From Marsupella aquatica (lineage: Eukaryota; Plantae; Marchantiophyta): 64,000 nucleotides of DNA. Shown piece after piece: positions 63,743 through 64,000 of the stretch. How positions within the stretch are numbered: the first letter of the stretch is position 1; every line of letters begins with the position of its first letter. The translations under genes and the position numbers were made by a program. The DNA lies in the NCBI GenBank assembly GCA_973895155.1, contig OZ316896.1:1054001-1118000 (forward strand). The letters are read 5' to 3'. A model generated the notes under the pieces. That model did no database searches, had not been told where the DNA came from, and saw nothing but the letters and a program-made list of their open reading frames with translations.

Positions 63743-64000
63743 GTATGTTCCTATCTTTCTTAGATACGCATCTTGTCATTTGCTAATGTCCAAGCTGCAA
63801 AATTGTTTGCAAGAGACGTAGTTTTTGGTTTAGAGTTGGGACTTTTTGTGATTTCTTGTTTTGATGCACAAGGAGGTACTGGTGGGAAGTTTTTCCTCTC
63901 AGGGAAAATGGTTGCATCAGGATGTTTACTATCTGATACGTGTTTTGGGGGGTATTTGGGATGCAGAAAGTGTTGTGGAGCTGGCGTCACCATCACCATC

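Overview
This is eukaryotic land-plant nuclear DNA with GT-AG introns; a bryophyte-like host is plausible but cannot be proven from sequence alone. Six protein genes could be reconstructed by hand: an intronless 4-EF-hand calmodulin-like protein (9261-9944, -), a TBL/PC-esterase O-acetyltransferase (33666-36628, +), GIP1/MZT1 (40664-40879, -), a single-domain polyketide cyclase/START-like protein (43784-45486, +), PEX22 (49738-53388, -, 8 exons) and the 5' part of a cation-chloride cotransporter CCC1 (60221 to the window edge, +). Between them lie a nested TE cluster at ~25.9-32.5 kb (a deleted Ty1/copia with TSD and PBS, a MITE inside its gag, a solo LTR and a duplicated LTR-bearing host unit), several Mutator-like and TA-target MITEs, a tRNA-derived SINE family, many short tandem repeats, and decayed F-box/LRR-like gene relics, two of which share a conserved ~100-nt hairpin. 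I found no CRISPR, rRNA or genuine tRNA, and I cannot demonstrate a wholly new biological system. The best leads are the conserved hairpin in the duplicated relic, a MITE carrying its own expanding 154-bp satellite, a 4-bp-TSD TIR element, and a 48-bp array abutting the GIP1 start codon. Homology calls are from my recollection of family motifs, not database searches.
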